64,000 bases of DNA from Nitrospirota bacterium (GCA_963741205.1 CAVUHW010000030.1:1-64000); one strand, 5' to 3'. Counted from the stretch's first letter, positions 34,747 through 47,433 are shown. Notes: generated by a model from the letters alone, not told the origin. Program-made: numbers and translations.

Positions 34747-36819
34747 CATTTCTCTTCAGTGCTCAACACCAGCCGCGAGAAATCCGCGATCTGCGAAAAG
34801 AGCCCCGTGATGCCGGCCAGGAGCGCCAGGCGGTTCGCCTTGAGCGCGGCGTCCTTGTCCATGACCATGACCGTATCGAAAAAAGCGTCGACGGTCCTGC
34901 GGAGTGAAGCAATGTCCGCAAGTGCGCCCCGGAAATCGAGCTTCTCGGTCTTTTCGACGACGCGGTCCTTGATTTCCGCGAACGCGGCGTAGAGCGCCTT
35001 TTCAGCGTCCTGCGTGAGCAGCCCCTCGCTGACGGCGCCGGCAAAACCCTTCGGCAGGATGTTGCCGGCCCGCTTGAGCGCCGTTACCAGCGGCTGGTAG
35101 TCCACCGAAACGCGCAGCGCGTCAAGTGCCCTGACCTTCTCGCGTCCGATGACCGGATCATCGAACCCGACGGACAGCGCGGCATCCACAATATCGGAAC
35201 GGAGCCCCTCGGACGCCAGCATGCCGGAAAGCCGCTGACGCAAAAAGTCCAGGGTCTCCGCCGCGACCCTGTCGGCCTTCTCAAGGCCGTATCCCTTGCA
35301 GGCCTCGGCGACGAGAGCCGAGAGCGATAGCCTGAGCCCCCGGTCAAGAAGCATAGTGAGGATGGCAACGGACTGCCTTCTAAGGCCGTAGGGGTCTTCG
35401 GACCCGCTCGGGATAAGCCCGGCCGAGAAGCACCCCGTGATCGTATCGATGCGGTCGGCAATCCCGACAGCAGACGCCTTCGAGCGAATTCGGAAGCTTA
35501 TCGCCGGCAAAACGCGGCAGATAGTGTTCGAGTATGGCGTCCGCCACAGCGGGGGCTTCGCCGGAGTTCAGCGCATAATGCCTGCCCATCACGCCCTGGA
35601 GCTTGGGAAACTCACCAACGACGCCCGTGAGCAGGTCCGCCTTGCACAACAGCGCCGCCCGTTCCGACGCCTGGATATCCGCCTTGAAGACGTCGGCCAG
35701 GTATCCGGCAAGCGCCTTCACGCGCATGGTCTTGTCGTAGAGCGTGCCAAGCTTCTCCTGGTACGTAACTTTTTTAAGACCATCTACCCGGTCGGCCAGG
35801 GGCAGTTTCACGTCGTGGTCGAAGAAGTATGCCGCGTCGGAAAGCCGCGCGGCGAGCACGCGCTCGTTCCCTGCCCGGACGATCTCCATGTCCTCGGCCC
35901 GCGTGTTGCTGATCGTGATGAAATAAGGGAGCAGGTTGCCGGTTTTGTCCACCACGCTGAAGTAGCGCTGATGCTCGCGCATGGCCGTGATCAGGACCTC
36001 TTTCGGCACCCGGAGGTAATCCTTGTTGAAGTCGCCCATGACCGCGACCGGATACTCCAGGAGGTTCGCTACTTCATCGACGAGACCGGGGTCGTCGAGC
36101 ACGATTCCGTTCCTCGACAAGGCCATTTCTTCGGTCTGCTTCGCAATGCGCTGCCTGCGCGCTTGCGGTTCGGCGATAACGAAGTTCGGTTCCAACTGGG
36201 AGTAATAGGATTTGAAATCCTTGACGAGGAATGCGCCGGGACTCATGAACCGGTGGCCGCGCGAGAGGGTGCCGCTCTTGATCCCGTTCAGCCGGAAGTC
36301 GACGACGGCGCCGCCCCACAGGGCAAGCAGCCAGTGGATGGGACGGGCAAACCGTATGTCCTTGTCCATCCAGCGCATGGACTTAGGGAACGGGATGGAC
36401 AGGATGAAGCCGGGCAGCGCCTGTTTGAGCCAATCACCCGTGTCGCCGCCTTTTTCATCAATCCGGGCAACTACGTAATCGCCCTTATCCGTAGACTTGA
36501 ACGTGAGCGCGTCAACGGGGACGCCGTTCTTCTCGGCGAAGACCGTCGCGGCCTTGGTCGGTTTTCCCTCGGCATCAAAGGCGACCTTCCTCGGCGGGCC
36601 GACCACTTCCTTCGAGATATCAGCCTGGCGCTCGTCCATGTCGGGGCAATACAGGACCAGGCGTCTCGGCGTGCCGAAGGCCCTCAGGTCTCCTCGCGAG
36701 GCAACACGTCCCGAGGCAAGGAGCGCGGCAAAAAGCTCCTTCATCTTCTCAAGCGCCGGATTGAGGAAGCGGGACGGGATCTCTTCGGTGCCGATCTCTA
36801 ATAAGAATTCTTTTCCCAA
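34746..36819 (-). CDS. glyS: Glycine-tRNA ligase beta subunit (frameshift near 35470; start approximate)
   Basis: [36 protein letters not shown]. Confidence 0.95.
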
Positions 36820-36845
36820 AATATCTCCAAAGACAAAAATGATCG

Positions 36846-36935
36846 CAACCACAGATGAACACGGATTAACACGGATAATAAACCTGAGAAAATTTCTGCT
36901 TTAAAAACCGTGCCCATCTGTGTTCATCTGTGGCT
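36846..36935. repeat. Palindrome built of ~10-nt units (AACACGGAT-like)
   Basis: ccacagatgaacacggattaacacggat ... ccgtgcccatctgtgttcatctgtgg. Confidence 0.7.
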
Positions 36936-36940
36936 ACGCG

Positions 36941-37810
36941 CTATTTCTTCAGCATCGGAAAGCCCTTCGCCTCGCGGTCTGCTAGGTACGCGTGGGCGCA
37001 GAGCCTGGCGAGCTTGCGCACCCGGGCGATATAGCCCGTGCGCTCGGTCACGCTGATGGCGCCTGCTGCGTCCAGAAGGTTGAAGGTATGCGAACACTTG
37101 AGGCAGTAGTCGTAGGCCGGAAGAACGACGCCGGCCTTGACGAGCTTCTCGCTCTCCTTCTCATAAGACTCGAACTGCCGGAACAGCATGTCACGGTCCG
37201 AGAGCTCGAAGTTATATTTCGAAAACTGCACTTCGCTGTCGTGGTGGATATCGCCGTACTTGACGCCCCTGGTCCACTCGAGGTCGTAAACATTGTTCAC
37301 TCCCTGGAGGTACATGGCAAGCCGTTCGACACCGTAGGTCAGCTCGGCGGAAATGGGTTTCAGGTCGATGCCGCCCACCTGCTGAAAATACGTGAACTGG
37401 GTGACCTCCATGCCGTTCAGCCAGACCTCCCAGCCCAGACCCCAGGCGCCGAGCGTCGGAGATTCCCAATCGTCCTCAACAAAACGGATATCGTGTTTGA
37501 GGGGATTGATGCCGAGTTCGACGAGGCTTTCAAGATAGAGGTCCTGAACATTTTCCGGATGTGGCTTGAGGATCACCTGGAACTGGTAGTAATGCTGCAG
37601 CCGGTTGGGGTTCTCCCCGTAGCGTCCGTCAGTGGGTCTTCGCGAAGGCTGGACATAGGCGGCGCTCCAGGGTTCGGGACCGAGCACGCGAAGAAACGTG
37701 GCGGGATGAAAGGTCCCGGCGCCGACTTCGGTGTCGTAAGGCTGGTGAAGAACGCAGCCCTTCGAGGCCCAGAAACTCTGTAGAGTCAATATAAGATCTT
37801 GAAATGTCAA
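36941..37810 (-). CDS. glyQ: Glycine-tRNA ligase alpha subunit
   Basis: [32 protein letters not shown]. Confidence 0.98.
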   Translation of the reverse strand: MTFQDLILTLQSFWASKGCVLHQPYDTEVGAGTFHPATFLRVLGPEPWSAAYVQPSRRPTDGRYGENPNRLQHYYQFQVILKPHPENVQDLYLESLVELGINPLKHDIRFVEDDWESPTLGAWGLGWEVWLNGMEVTQFTYFQQVGGIDLKPISAELTYGVERLAMYLQGVNNVYDLEWTRGVKYGDIHHDSEVQFSKYNFELSDRDMLFRQFESYEKESEKLVKAGVVLPAYDYCLKCSHTFNLLDAAGAISVTERTGYIARVRKLARLCAHAYLADREAKGFPMLKK

Positions 37811-37967
37811 TGATTGCCCCTGCCTGAGAAAAACAGGAAAAGATGGAAAAATAGAGTGTTATTATACAAAAAAACGTTCTGTTGTCAAGAAAATATGCGG
37901 TTATTTAAAGGATTTATAAGGGAATTGAAGAGGAAAATAGGGGGATGCCTCGTACCCGGATATGTTG

Positions 37968-40173
37968 TCACACCTGCCACATCATGGCCTCGAAGTCGTC
38001 GGTCGGGACCTTGAACTGGATGTATCCGCGGTAGGGCCACTTTTCCACTTCCGATCCTGAGCGCTCTACCGTAATGAAAAACTGGACGTCCTCGTTCGGT
38101 TTGACGCCGAGCAGTTCGAAGGGAACGGCAAGTTCGATGATATCATTCGCCGCGACGGTATTGATCACGGCGGCCTGCCGGCGGTTCCCGTTCTCTCCCC
38201 GGAAGAGCAGCGCGCTCACGCGCCTGTCCTGCGGGAGGACGCGAATTTCCACATCGAACCCCTTGGGAGAGAGGAAGGTGATGAAAAAAGCGAGTTCCGC
38301 CACCTTCTCATCCTTCAGGCTGCCGCTTGGGTCGAGGCGGATGAACATATTCTTCAGATCAAACCCGTAGTAGATGTGAGTGATGACTGATGCGCCCCGG
38401 TGCATGGCGCCTCCGCCCTGGCTTACGTCATAGAACCCGGCCGAGAGCCACTCGAAGTAATTGGTCACGGTGCCGTCGATCGTCGGAGAGATAAAGGCGG
38501 TCAGTTCCACGGTGGGCAGCGCCTGCCGGTCCTCGCGGAGGATGGGGATCTGAAGTTCATCGGGCACGTCCAGGCCGAGGATGCGGTAGACATTCATCAG
38601 GTGCGTCCTGAACAGGAGGTCGAACTCCTCGTCGTTCTCGGAAAAGTGGTCGTCGCCGTACCACCAGCACCAGTCGCTCCCTTCGGCGATGTAGATCTCC
38701 TCCCAGGCCTTCGCGAGCTTCTCCGGGTCGCCGTTCCGCGAGGCATAATCCGTGAGCGCCTGCCGCGTCTGCGACAGCAGGTCCCACGCCTGGTTGTCCT
38801 CTTCATGCCCGATCCAGACGCGGAAATTCGCGTTGATCCAGGAGCCCGCGTGCAGCCGCTCGATGCTGTCCCGGGCCGGGTGCTCATTCAGGTATTCGCC
38901 CACGGTCACGCACCGGAGCCCCTGTTCGCTGCTCAGCCGTTCATAGAGATACAGGAAGAAGTCCCGGCCGTCGTTCTGATAATATTCCCAGGCGTTCTCG
39001 CCGTCCAGGATGATCGACACCAGATGCGGTCCCTCCGGCAGCCCCCGTCGGACCCGGTGGAGGCGGTCGATGAGGTCGTTGACCGCATTCTTGTAATCCC
39101 ATTTCGAATACACGAAGCCGATGAGATCCGAAAGCGTATGGTCGCGAAACACGATCGAAACCTGTTTGTCCCCCTTGCCGGCGAGATAGGGTTTGTAGAG
39201 TAACGCGGGATTTTTCATCACGCCGGCGAAATCCCGCTCGATATGGATGCCGAGAGAGCGGGCGAGCACCCCCTCGTCCGTCGCGATCCACGTAATGCCC
39301 GCGCCGGCCAGGAGCGGAATGATATCCTCCGACACCGATCCCTCGGCGGGCCACATCCCCCGTGGCCGCGAACCGAAGAGTTCCTCATGGTACGCAAGCG
39401 CGCGCTCGATCTGGGCCTTGGCGTCCTCGGGATGGGAAAAACGGTGCTGCCGGGAGACGGATGTCGGGAGAGGCCACCCTGGCGAGGTCCGTGTCGTACA
39501 GGAGCGGGAGAATCGGGTGATAGAACGGGGTGGTCGTCAGCTCGATCCGGCCCTTCTCGGCAAGTTTCTTATACTCCGGAATGATGAGCGCCATGATGTC
39601 GCGCTGCTTCTGGATCAGAAGGACCTTCTCCTTCTCGGTGAAACCCGACCCCTTCCGGATCAGTTCCTTGAGAAACGGATCGTTTTGCTTGAAGAGCGGA
39701 TCGAACCAGGTAAGGTTGAACCAGACCTGCAGATCAAGATAGTCCTGCGTCGTATAGTACCGCGTGGCGTTCCAGAGGTCGTTGGGGGAAACGCTGTAGC
39801 CCCTCCGGTCAAGAAGCTGCCAGTAGGCCGGATAGGGCTTGATCATGGTGTCCCAGTTCGCCATGAAGGAGTTCTTGAGCAGGAACAGCTTGTCGTCATC
39901 GTCGAGTTCGCTGGCCGGCTTGAGCGTCAGAGTGAGGAACTTGTCGGTCGCGCCGTTCTCCACGTAGTCGCGTATCTGCTTGAGCAGAGAAGGAACGAGA
40001 TTGAAGGTCTGGTGGATCCGGGGGAAATCCTCAAGGAGCGACGGCATGTCGTAATAATCCTTGATGCCGTGCATCCGGACCCACGGAAGGATATAGGAAT
40101 CCGAGATATCGTCCTTGTAGTATGGCTGGTGCATGTGCCAGACGAAGGCTATGTTAAGCGGGTAGTCGGACAT
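37968..40173 (-). CDS. Glycoside hydrolase family 57 (amylopullulanase-like), frameshifted near 39400
   Basis: WHMHQP, MWPAEGSVS, ILDGENAW, AEGSDW.WW. Confidence 0.92.
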
Positions 40174-40303
40174 GGCGACAAGGACAAGCTCGAAGTTCTA
40201 AGCTCGAAACTCTAAATTACCGTTCAAGATTCAACGCTGCACTGAAATTTTGAATATTCGATATTATTTCAAATTCAGGATTTCGAATTTAGGATTTTTT
40301 TTC

Positions 40304-40630
40304 CTACGGTTCGCCATAATAGTACACTATCTCACCGGGACGCGCAAGCCCGAGTTTGTCCCGGGCGATTTTCTCCAGATGGTCGGGATCGCTTCTCAAG
40401 GCGCGGACGTCCCTGAGCAGCCTGGCATTGTCATGGTGGAGCGTTGCGATATCCTCGGTAAGGGAATTGAACCTCGCTTTCATCCGGTAATACTTGATCA
40501 GGCCCATCTCACCGAAGGTGAAGGACGCGAGGAGGTAGGCGCCGGCAAGGATGCCCGCGGCGATAAGCACTTTCCGGTTGCGGGAATGCCGGGAATTCCG
40601 GTCAGATTTTAAATAATTCCTCTTGCGCAT
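40304..40630 (-). CDS. Septum formation initiator FtsB/DivIC family
   Basis: TM segment, coiled coil, LEKIARDKLGLARPGE. Confidence 0.85.
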   Translation of the reverse strand: MRKRNYLKSDRNSRHSRNRKVLIAAGILAGAYLLASFTFGEMGLIKYYRMKARFNSLTEDIATLHHDNARLLRDVRALRSDPDHLEKIARDKLGLARPGEIVYYYGEP

Positions 40631-40696
40631 GACTCGACGTATGAAGCCGCGGTCGCCTGTTACGAAAAAGTCTCAACACGATGAAACATCAAACGG

Positions 40697-40776
40697 GTCA
40701 TTCCCGCAATGCCTTTGAGGGGAATCCATTTTATTCACTCCAAGATGGTTCCCCGATAGCGGCATTAGGGGATGAC
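40697..40776. repeat. REP-like double-hairpin element
   Basis: GTCATTCCCG...GGAATCC ... GGTTCCCCG...GGGATGAC. Confidence 0.55.
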
Positions 40777-40888
40777 GAACTATTTTGTATCGTCACCAGA
40801 TCCAAAAACAAAGCCACGAAGACCGGCTTCGTGGCAGTGTGTCAGCTATTCAGCTCATGGATTTTCCTATCCATACATTTTACATCAC

Positions 40889-40945
40889 TTATTTCTTTTT
40901 TGTGGTCTTCTTCGCCTTTTTTGCCGGGGCTTTCTTCGTCGCCAT
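40889..40945 (-). CDS. Lys-rich microprotein MATKKAPAKKAKKTTKKK (18 aa)
   Basis: SD AGGGGGTGA, ATG..TAA, downstream hairpin gccacgaag/cttcgtggc. Confidence 0.65.
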   Translation of the reverse strand: MATKKAPAKKAKKTTKKK

Positions 40946-41141
40946 TACTCATCACCCCCTTCCTTTGCACGCTGGTTAGAGAATAAAATGTGAAGAATGA
41001 TGCCGCTGCACCGCATTTCATGAAGGGTCTTGAAATAGTAACGACTTATGAGATCGTACACGCTGTTTTTACTGTCGCTAAATACGCCGGGGGCATTCCT
41101 TGCCCCCGGCGGGCCCCACTACGGGACGCGATGTGCGAAAG

Positions 41142-41204
41142 CTACTTCTTTTTGGTGGCTTTCTTCTTGGTCGCCTTCTTCTTTGCCTTCTTCTTGGCTG
41201 CCAT
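41142..41204 (-). CDS. Lys-rich microprotein MAAKKKAKKKATKKKATKKK (20 aa)
   Basis: SD AGGGGGTGG, ATG..TAG, downstream hairpin gccgggggca/tgcccccggc. Confidence 0.65.
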   Translation of the reverse strand: MAAKKKAKKKATKKKATKKK

Positions 41205-41251
41205 TAGCTCTCCACCCCCTTTCGGTATACCGCATTCGGACCCAAGCGGCC

Positions 41252-41713
41252 TTATCTTGAAACAAGCTGAGGAACATCGTTCAGCAGTGACATCTGCGAG
41301 TATTTCTCCCGGATCTTGCCGTTCACGAGTTCGAGGAATTCTTCGGCATCTTTGATCGCCTGCCCGGCCTCGTACCGGGAGATGATGCGGCCGGCTTCTT
41401 CCATGAAACTCTGATATTTTCTCCGCATCCGGTCGAATTTATTGATGAGGCTTTTATACTGCTCGCCGAGAAGCATCCCGGCCGCGGTCACCACGGTCTT
41501 TTGCGCGTCTCTGCCCCGGACCCCTTTGGGCCGGAATCCCTCGGAGAGGATAAGGGCCCTCGCCGAGCGGGCCATTGCAAGGTAGGCCGCCGCAAACGCC
41601 CACTCTTCGTCTTTGTCCTGAAGGAGTTTGCTCGTCGAGAGGTCCCGGTCCGCCCTGGTCACGAGAGCAATGATCTCCGTAATCTCCGGGGCGCGCTCCT
41701 CAACGATGCCCAT
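41252..41713 (-). CDS. HEPN domain protein, degenerate active site
   Basis: WAF..AY.AM...ARAL....G.RP, FDRMRRK; downstream of an MNT gene. Confidence 0.8.
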   Translation of the reverse strand: MGIVEERAPEITEIIALVTRADRDLSTSKLLQDKDEEWAFAAAYLAMARSARALILSEGFRPKGVRGRDAQKTVVTAAGMLLGEQYKSLINKFDRMRRKYQSFMEEAGRIISRYEAGQAIKDAEEFLELVNGKIREKYSQMSLLNDVPQLVSR

Positions 41714-41725
41714 TCTTTCAGCGCT

Positions 41726-42292
41726 TCATAAGTCATCTTCCTTACCTACCAGGAAAATCTTTTTGCCTTTCAGTAACTCCCGGATAAAGGGGTCTTTCGA
41801 TTCCTTCCGTTTCCGGTACTCCTGCTCATCAAAAACCAGATAATCGATATCCCGCTTCAGCTTTTCCTCCAGGCCCATGACCATGTCGTTCAATTCCGTG
41901 ATGTTCGCCTGGCCGATGACCATGAGGTTGATGTTGCTGTCCTCTTTTTCCGCCCCCTTTGCATAGGAGCCGTAGATGAAGGCCACCTGGACTCCCTTCA
42001 GCCGGGACAGCGATGTCTTCATGGCGCCCTGAGCGCCGGTGGTCTTGAAGATCAGACCTTTCATCTCGGAGAAGATCGGAGAGTTTTTGTTCGCGAAGTA
42101 GTATTTCTGCACCCCCCGCTTCTCTTTTCCGAGAAGCCCGATCTTGACCAGTTTGTCAAGCTCCCGCTTGATCCCCGCCGCATCCTTGCCGATGTGTCGC
42201 GCTATCTCTCTCAGATAGAACCGGTCGTCCGGATTGTTAAAGAACAGGCCTAAAAGCTCCGCTCTCGTGGAAGAGAAGAGTTTTGTCAGCAC
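41726..42292 (-). CDS. wHTH plus minimal nucleotidyltransferase (MNT) protein, DxD replaced by NxN
   Basis: FYLREIAR..KREL; AFIYGSYAKG....SNINLMVIG. Confidence 0.85.
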   Translation of the reverse strand: MLTKLFSSTRAELLGLFFNNPDDRFYLREIARHIGKDAAGIKRELDKLVKIGLLGKEKRGVQKYYFANKNSPIFSEMKGLIFKTTGAQGAMKTSLSRLKGVQVAFIYGSYAKGAEKEDSNINLMVIGQANITELNDMVMGLEEKLKRDIDYLVFDEQEYRKRKESKDPFIRELLKGKKIFLVGKEDDL

Positions 42293-42308
42293 TTGTATTC
42301 ACCTCGTA

Positions 42309-42343
42309 GACAAAATATACTACAAGAGTGTATATTTTGTCAA
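42309..42343 (-). promoter_or_regulatory. Operator overlapping a TTGACA promoter
   Basis: GACAAAATATAC-N9-GTATATTTTGTC perfect 12-bp inverted repeat. Confidence 0.7.
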
Positions 42344-42832
42344 CACAAATATTAAAAAAATTATATTTCCGATGACTTAGACAATTTATCAACACCTGAA
42401 TCAACACAATTTAAAATACGACCAAATATTATTTTTTTATATGTTATTTTCCACTTATTTATTGTGCGAGCATGGCGCGTGAATTTCACACAGGACAGCC
42501 GCAGGCTCGGACGCTCTCCGGCGAAAATACACGCGCGCTGCTCCATGAAACGTCGAATGATGGCGTAAACAGCACCCTTCCTTCATTACCTGCGCCAAGT
42601 TCCACGGCGCAGGATAACACCGTGATGAGTATGCGAATGCGTTCATGGTCTCATCCGCGTCTTCATCCAGTGCCGCGGACGGACCTGCGTTGAGATAACC
42701 TCCATTCGGACCACGGCTGAAGACGCACACCGAGGCAATCGGCAGATTTCCCTTTTGCTCGGCAGGCCACTTATGGTATACTAAAAAAAATATTTCGTTG
42801 ACATATTGTCTTCAAAAAGACATCGGAGGAAA

Positions 42833-44200
42833 ATGGATTTCAGTGAACTGGATGTGCCCTACGAAGTGAAGCAAGGAATCGAGCACTCGGGCTTTTCCAT
42901 ATTGACGCCCGTTCAGGAGGCGGTGATACCGCGAGCGGTCCGCGGAGAAGATGTCGCCGCGCAGGCGCAAACCGGTACGGGCAAGACCGCCGCCTTCCTG
43001 ATCTCGCTCTTTGCCCGCATGATCAGGAACCCGGCCCTGGACCTCGGGAACTCGCCGCAGGCGCTGATCATCGCGCCCACGCGCGAGCTTGCGGACCAGA
43101 TCTACCACGAAGCCCTGCGGCTCGGAAAGTTCACGGGCTTTCATCTTCTCGCCGTCTACGGCGGCATCGATTACCAGAAACAGATGGATGAACTCCGGAA
43201 GGGCGTCGATGTGCTTGTCGGCACGCCGGGCAGGCTCATCGATTATTTCAAGCAGAACGTTTACAGCCTCAAGAAAACCCGGTACCTGATCATCGACGAG
43301 GCCGACCGCATGTTCGACATGGGATTCATCGACGACCTGCGGTATCTTCTGAAGAAGATGCAGCCCTACACGAAGCGGCAGTCGATGCTCTTCTCCGCCA
43401 CCCTTTCCTACCGCGTGATGGAGCTTGCCTACGAATTCATGAACCTCCCGGAAAAGATCTCGATCACGCCGGAGAAGATCACCGTCGAGCAGGTGGAGCA
43501 GGTCCTTTATCACGTGGGCAAGCACGAGAAGATACCGCTGCTCCTGGGCCTCCTCAGGAAGGAACAGCCCGTCCGCACCCTCGTCTTCGTGAATACGCGG
43601 CGCGCGGCCGACATGGTCGTCGAGCGCTTGAACCGCAACGGCTGGAAGGCCGACGCGATCACCGGCGACATCGTCCAGAAAAAGCGTCTCAGGCTCCTCG
43701 CGGACTTCAAGGAAGGAAAGCTCCCCATCCTCGTGGCCACCGACGTCGCGAGCCGCGGCATCCACGTCGAGGCCGTCTCACATGTCATCAACTACGACCT
43801 CCCGCAGGACGCGGAAGACTACGTTCACCGCATCGGCCGCACCGGCCGCGCGGGAGCCGCCGGCAAGGCGCTCAGCCTGGCTGACGAGGAGTATGTTTTT
43901 TCCCTCGAAGAGATCGAAAAATATATCGGCCAGAAGATCCCCGTGGAATGGGCCGAGGAAGCCATGTACGTCAGGGAGATCCGGCGGACTGCGGAAGAAA
44001 GACAGCGTGCGGCCGCGGCTGCGCCTCAGCGCCGTTATCCCTCCGAGAAACCGCGGTTCTCGCTCACGGACAAAGAAACGCTGACCCACCTTCCGCCCGC
44101 CAATCAAGACCGACTCTTTCCCGCAACTCCATCCGCGCATCGCCGGCCTTCACGCGCATCGGGCTTTGCTCCACACCCGGCAAACGTCTTTACCCCAGCG
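42833..44200 (+). CDS. DEAD-box RNA helicase, RhlB-like (3' end uncertain, probable frameshift)
   Basis: AQTGTGKT, DEADRMFDMGF, SAT, YVHRIGRTGRAG. Confidence 0.92.
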
Positions 44201-44302
44201 TGTTATAATAGTATTAGAGATTTCAGAGTGTTTCTGTCTGAAATCTCTCCCGGATGGCGCGGAAAACCGAGGCGCCGATCATCCGGGAGGGAGACCGGTT
44301 CA

Positions 44303-46022
44303 ATGACTGCCGTCATGTCCTCTGAAAATGTCGAAAGGCCTTGGCTGAAATTCTATGAGGCCGGTGTACCCCCGGTCTCGCCTACCCCGAGATACACTCT
44401 CGGTGACTGTCCTTTCCCAAACCGCAAAGAAATTCCCGCGACCATACGCGCTCATTTTTTATGGCAAAAAAATCTCCTTCGCGGAACTCGACGGACTCGT
44501 CAACCGGTTCGCCCGCGCCCTTCTGCGTCTCGGCGTCAGGAAAGGCGACCGAGTGGCGCTCATGCTTCCGAACATCCCGCAGATGGTCATCGCCTATTAC
44601 GGAACACTGCGAACCGGCGCAATAGCCGTTCCGACCAACCCCCTCTATCACGAGCATGAACTGGACATCCAGCTCAATGACAGCGGGGCCGTGATCGCTC
44701 GTGGCGGTGGATATGTTCTATCCCGTCATCTCCCGCGTCCTGCCGATGACGCGCTGTGAAGCGCCTGATCCTTTGCGGCATCAAGGACTTCCTGCCCTTT
44801 CCCCTGAACCTGCTCTACCCCTTCAAGGCGAGAATGGACAAACAGTGGGTAAGCGTTAAACGCGTGCCGCCGCATATACGATTTTCTCGACCTCATCCGT
44901 CACGAATCGCGCCGCGGCGGTGGAGACGGCTTCGTGTCGCCCGACGACACCGCGCTGCTCCAGTACACCGGCGGGCACGACGGGCGTTCCGAAAGGAGCG
45001 GTCCTTACTCACCGCAACCTCGTCGTAAACGCGGTTCAGAGCAGGTCCTGGCTCACGCTTCGGAACGAAGGAGAAACGAGTATCCTCGCCGTCATTCCCT
45101 TTTTCCATGTCTACGGAATGACCGCAGCCATGAACCTCGGCATCCTCATCGGGGCCGAGCATGATCCTCCTCCCCAAGTTCCATACAAAAGAGGTGCTCC
45201 GACGTGATCGAGAAATACCGGCCGCACAATATTCCCGGGCATCCAGGCCATGTACCTTGCCATCAGCCACTATCCGAAGATCAAGAAGTATGATCTCACG
45301 TCGCTGAAGATCGCCATCAGCGGCGCGGGCCCGCTCATGCGCGAGGTGCAGGATCGAGTTCGAACAGTTGACCCCGGCGCGGATCGTCGAGGGCTACGGC
45401 CTTTCCGAAGCGTCCCCCGTGACCCACGCGAACCCCATCTTCGGCAGGCGCAAAGTCGGCAGCATCGGCCTTCCCTGGCCGGATACCGAGGCGTGCGATC
45501 GTGGACATCGAGAGCGGCAAGAAGGCCTGCCGCTTCGGCGAGGCCGGCGAACTCGTCATCAGAGGGCCGCAGGTCATGAAGGGATACTGGAACAAACCCG
45601 ACGAGACGGCGCTGGCCCTCAGGGACGGATGGCTCCATACGGGCGACATCGCGAGGATGGACGAGGATGGCTACTTTTATATAGTCGGACGGATCAAGGA
45701 TATGATCAAGACGGTGGGCGAGAACGTCTACCCGCGCGAGGTTGAGGAAGTGCTGTACACGCATCCGAAGGTCAAGGAGGCCGTGGTCGTTGGCCTTCCC
45801 CACGAGGAATTCCTGGGCGAGAAGATCAAGGCTTATGTCGTTCTCAAGGAAGGGCAGAGCGCGACGGCAGAGGAACTCATCCAGTACTGCAGGGAGCAAC
45901 TCTCGAAGTTCAAGGTGCCGAAGGAGATAGAGTTCCGCGATCAGCTCCCGAAGACCCTGGTGGGCAAGATGCTTCGGCGCGTGCTCAGGGATGAGGAGAT
46001 GAAGAAGGTGCAGGCAAAGTAG
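44303..46022 (+). CDS. fadD: Long-chain fatty acid-CoA ligase (several frameshifts)
   Basis: [38 protein letters not shown]. Confidence 0.88.
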
Positions 46023-46148
46023 CGGGGACACGGGAAGAACGGAAAGGGGAGAAATTGCGGACAAACCTTTCGAAAATATGCACGTTGTAAAATCCGCACC
46101 TTTCCGGTTTTTCCGCAGTTCCCGTGTCCAGAGATGTTGAGGTGTACC

Positions 46149-47433
46149 ATGAAAGACGTTGTCATCATAGACGGTTTCCGAACTCCTTACGCCAAGGCGG
46201 GAACGGCATTCAAGGACGTGCATGCCGTCGACCTCGGGGCAGTTATCGTCAAGGAGATCATAAGCCGGACAGATATCGACCGAGAACGGCTCGACGAAGT
46301 GATCATAGGGAATGCGGGCATGCCCGTCCGACGCCGCGAACATCGCGCGGGTAATCGCGCTCCGCGCCGGAATCCCCGAACGCATCCCCGCCTACAGCGT
46401 GCAGCGCAACTGCGCCTCCGGTATGCAGGCCGCGGCTGGCGCGTATACGCAGATCCTCGCAGGCATGAGCGAGATCGTTCTCGTCGGCGGCGTGGAATCC
46501 ATGTCAAACTATGCCTTCTCCATGAAGAAGAAGCTGCGTGACGCTATAACGGCGGTGCAGCGGTCCAAGACGTGTTATGCGAAGGCGCGCACCATCCTCT
46601 CGCTCAGGCCGAGAGATCTCCTCCCCGTCGTCGGTTTGACCGAAGGCCTTACCGATCCCGTGTCCGGGCTTATCATGGGAGAGACCGCCGAGGTGCTCGT
46701 CAGGGACTTCGGCATCACCCGGCGCGAGCAGGATGAGTATGCCCTCGACAGCCACCGGCGATGGACCGCAGCGAACGAATCCGGAAAGTTCAAGAACGAG
46801 ATCGTGCCGTTCTATGTGCCGCCCAAGTTCGAGGCAGTGGAAGAAGATATCGGGCCGCGCAAGAACCAGACCATGGAAGCGCTCGAGAAACTGCCTCCGT
46901 ACTTCGACAAGCGGTTCGGCACTGTCACGGCAGGCAATTCGTCGCCCATTACCGACGGTGCCGCTGCGGCGCTTATCATGAGCGCGGAAAAGGCAAAGGC
47001 CCTGGGATACAAGCCGCTCGGTCATATCAGGGCGGTTGCCTTCGCCGGCTTCGACCCGTCGCGCATGGGCATCAGCCCGCTGTATTCCTCGCACAAGGCG
47101 CTGAAGCTCGCGGGGATGACCATGAAGGACATCGAACTGATCGAGCTGAACGAGGCCTTTGCCGCGCAGATCATCGCCGTTGAACGGGCCGCGGTATCAA
47201 AGGAGTACTTTGCGAAGCATCTGCCCGGAGAAGAGCCGATCGGCGAATTCAGACGGGACATCATGAACGTGAACGGCGGCGCCATTGCCGTGGGCCATCC
47301 CGTGGGCTCGTCAGGTCTTCGGATCATCATCACGCTGCTCAAGGAAATGGAAAGGCGCGGCCTGTCCACCGGCCTTGCCACCCTCTGTATCGGCGGCGGA
47401 CAGGGCGGAACGATGATCGTGGAACGGAGATAA
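46149..47433 (+). CDS. Acetyl-CoA acyltransferase (thiolase, FadI/FadA-like), frameshift near 46325
   Basis: RNCASG, NEAFAAQ, GHPVG, CIGGGQG. Confidence 0.92.

Noticed and set aside
42806-44659. Helicase-acyl-CoA ligase fusion suggested by the 617-aa ORF
   Set aside because: fadD has its own RBS and ATG at 44303; the read-through is probably an indel artefact.
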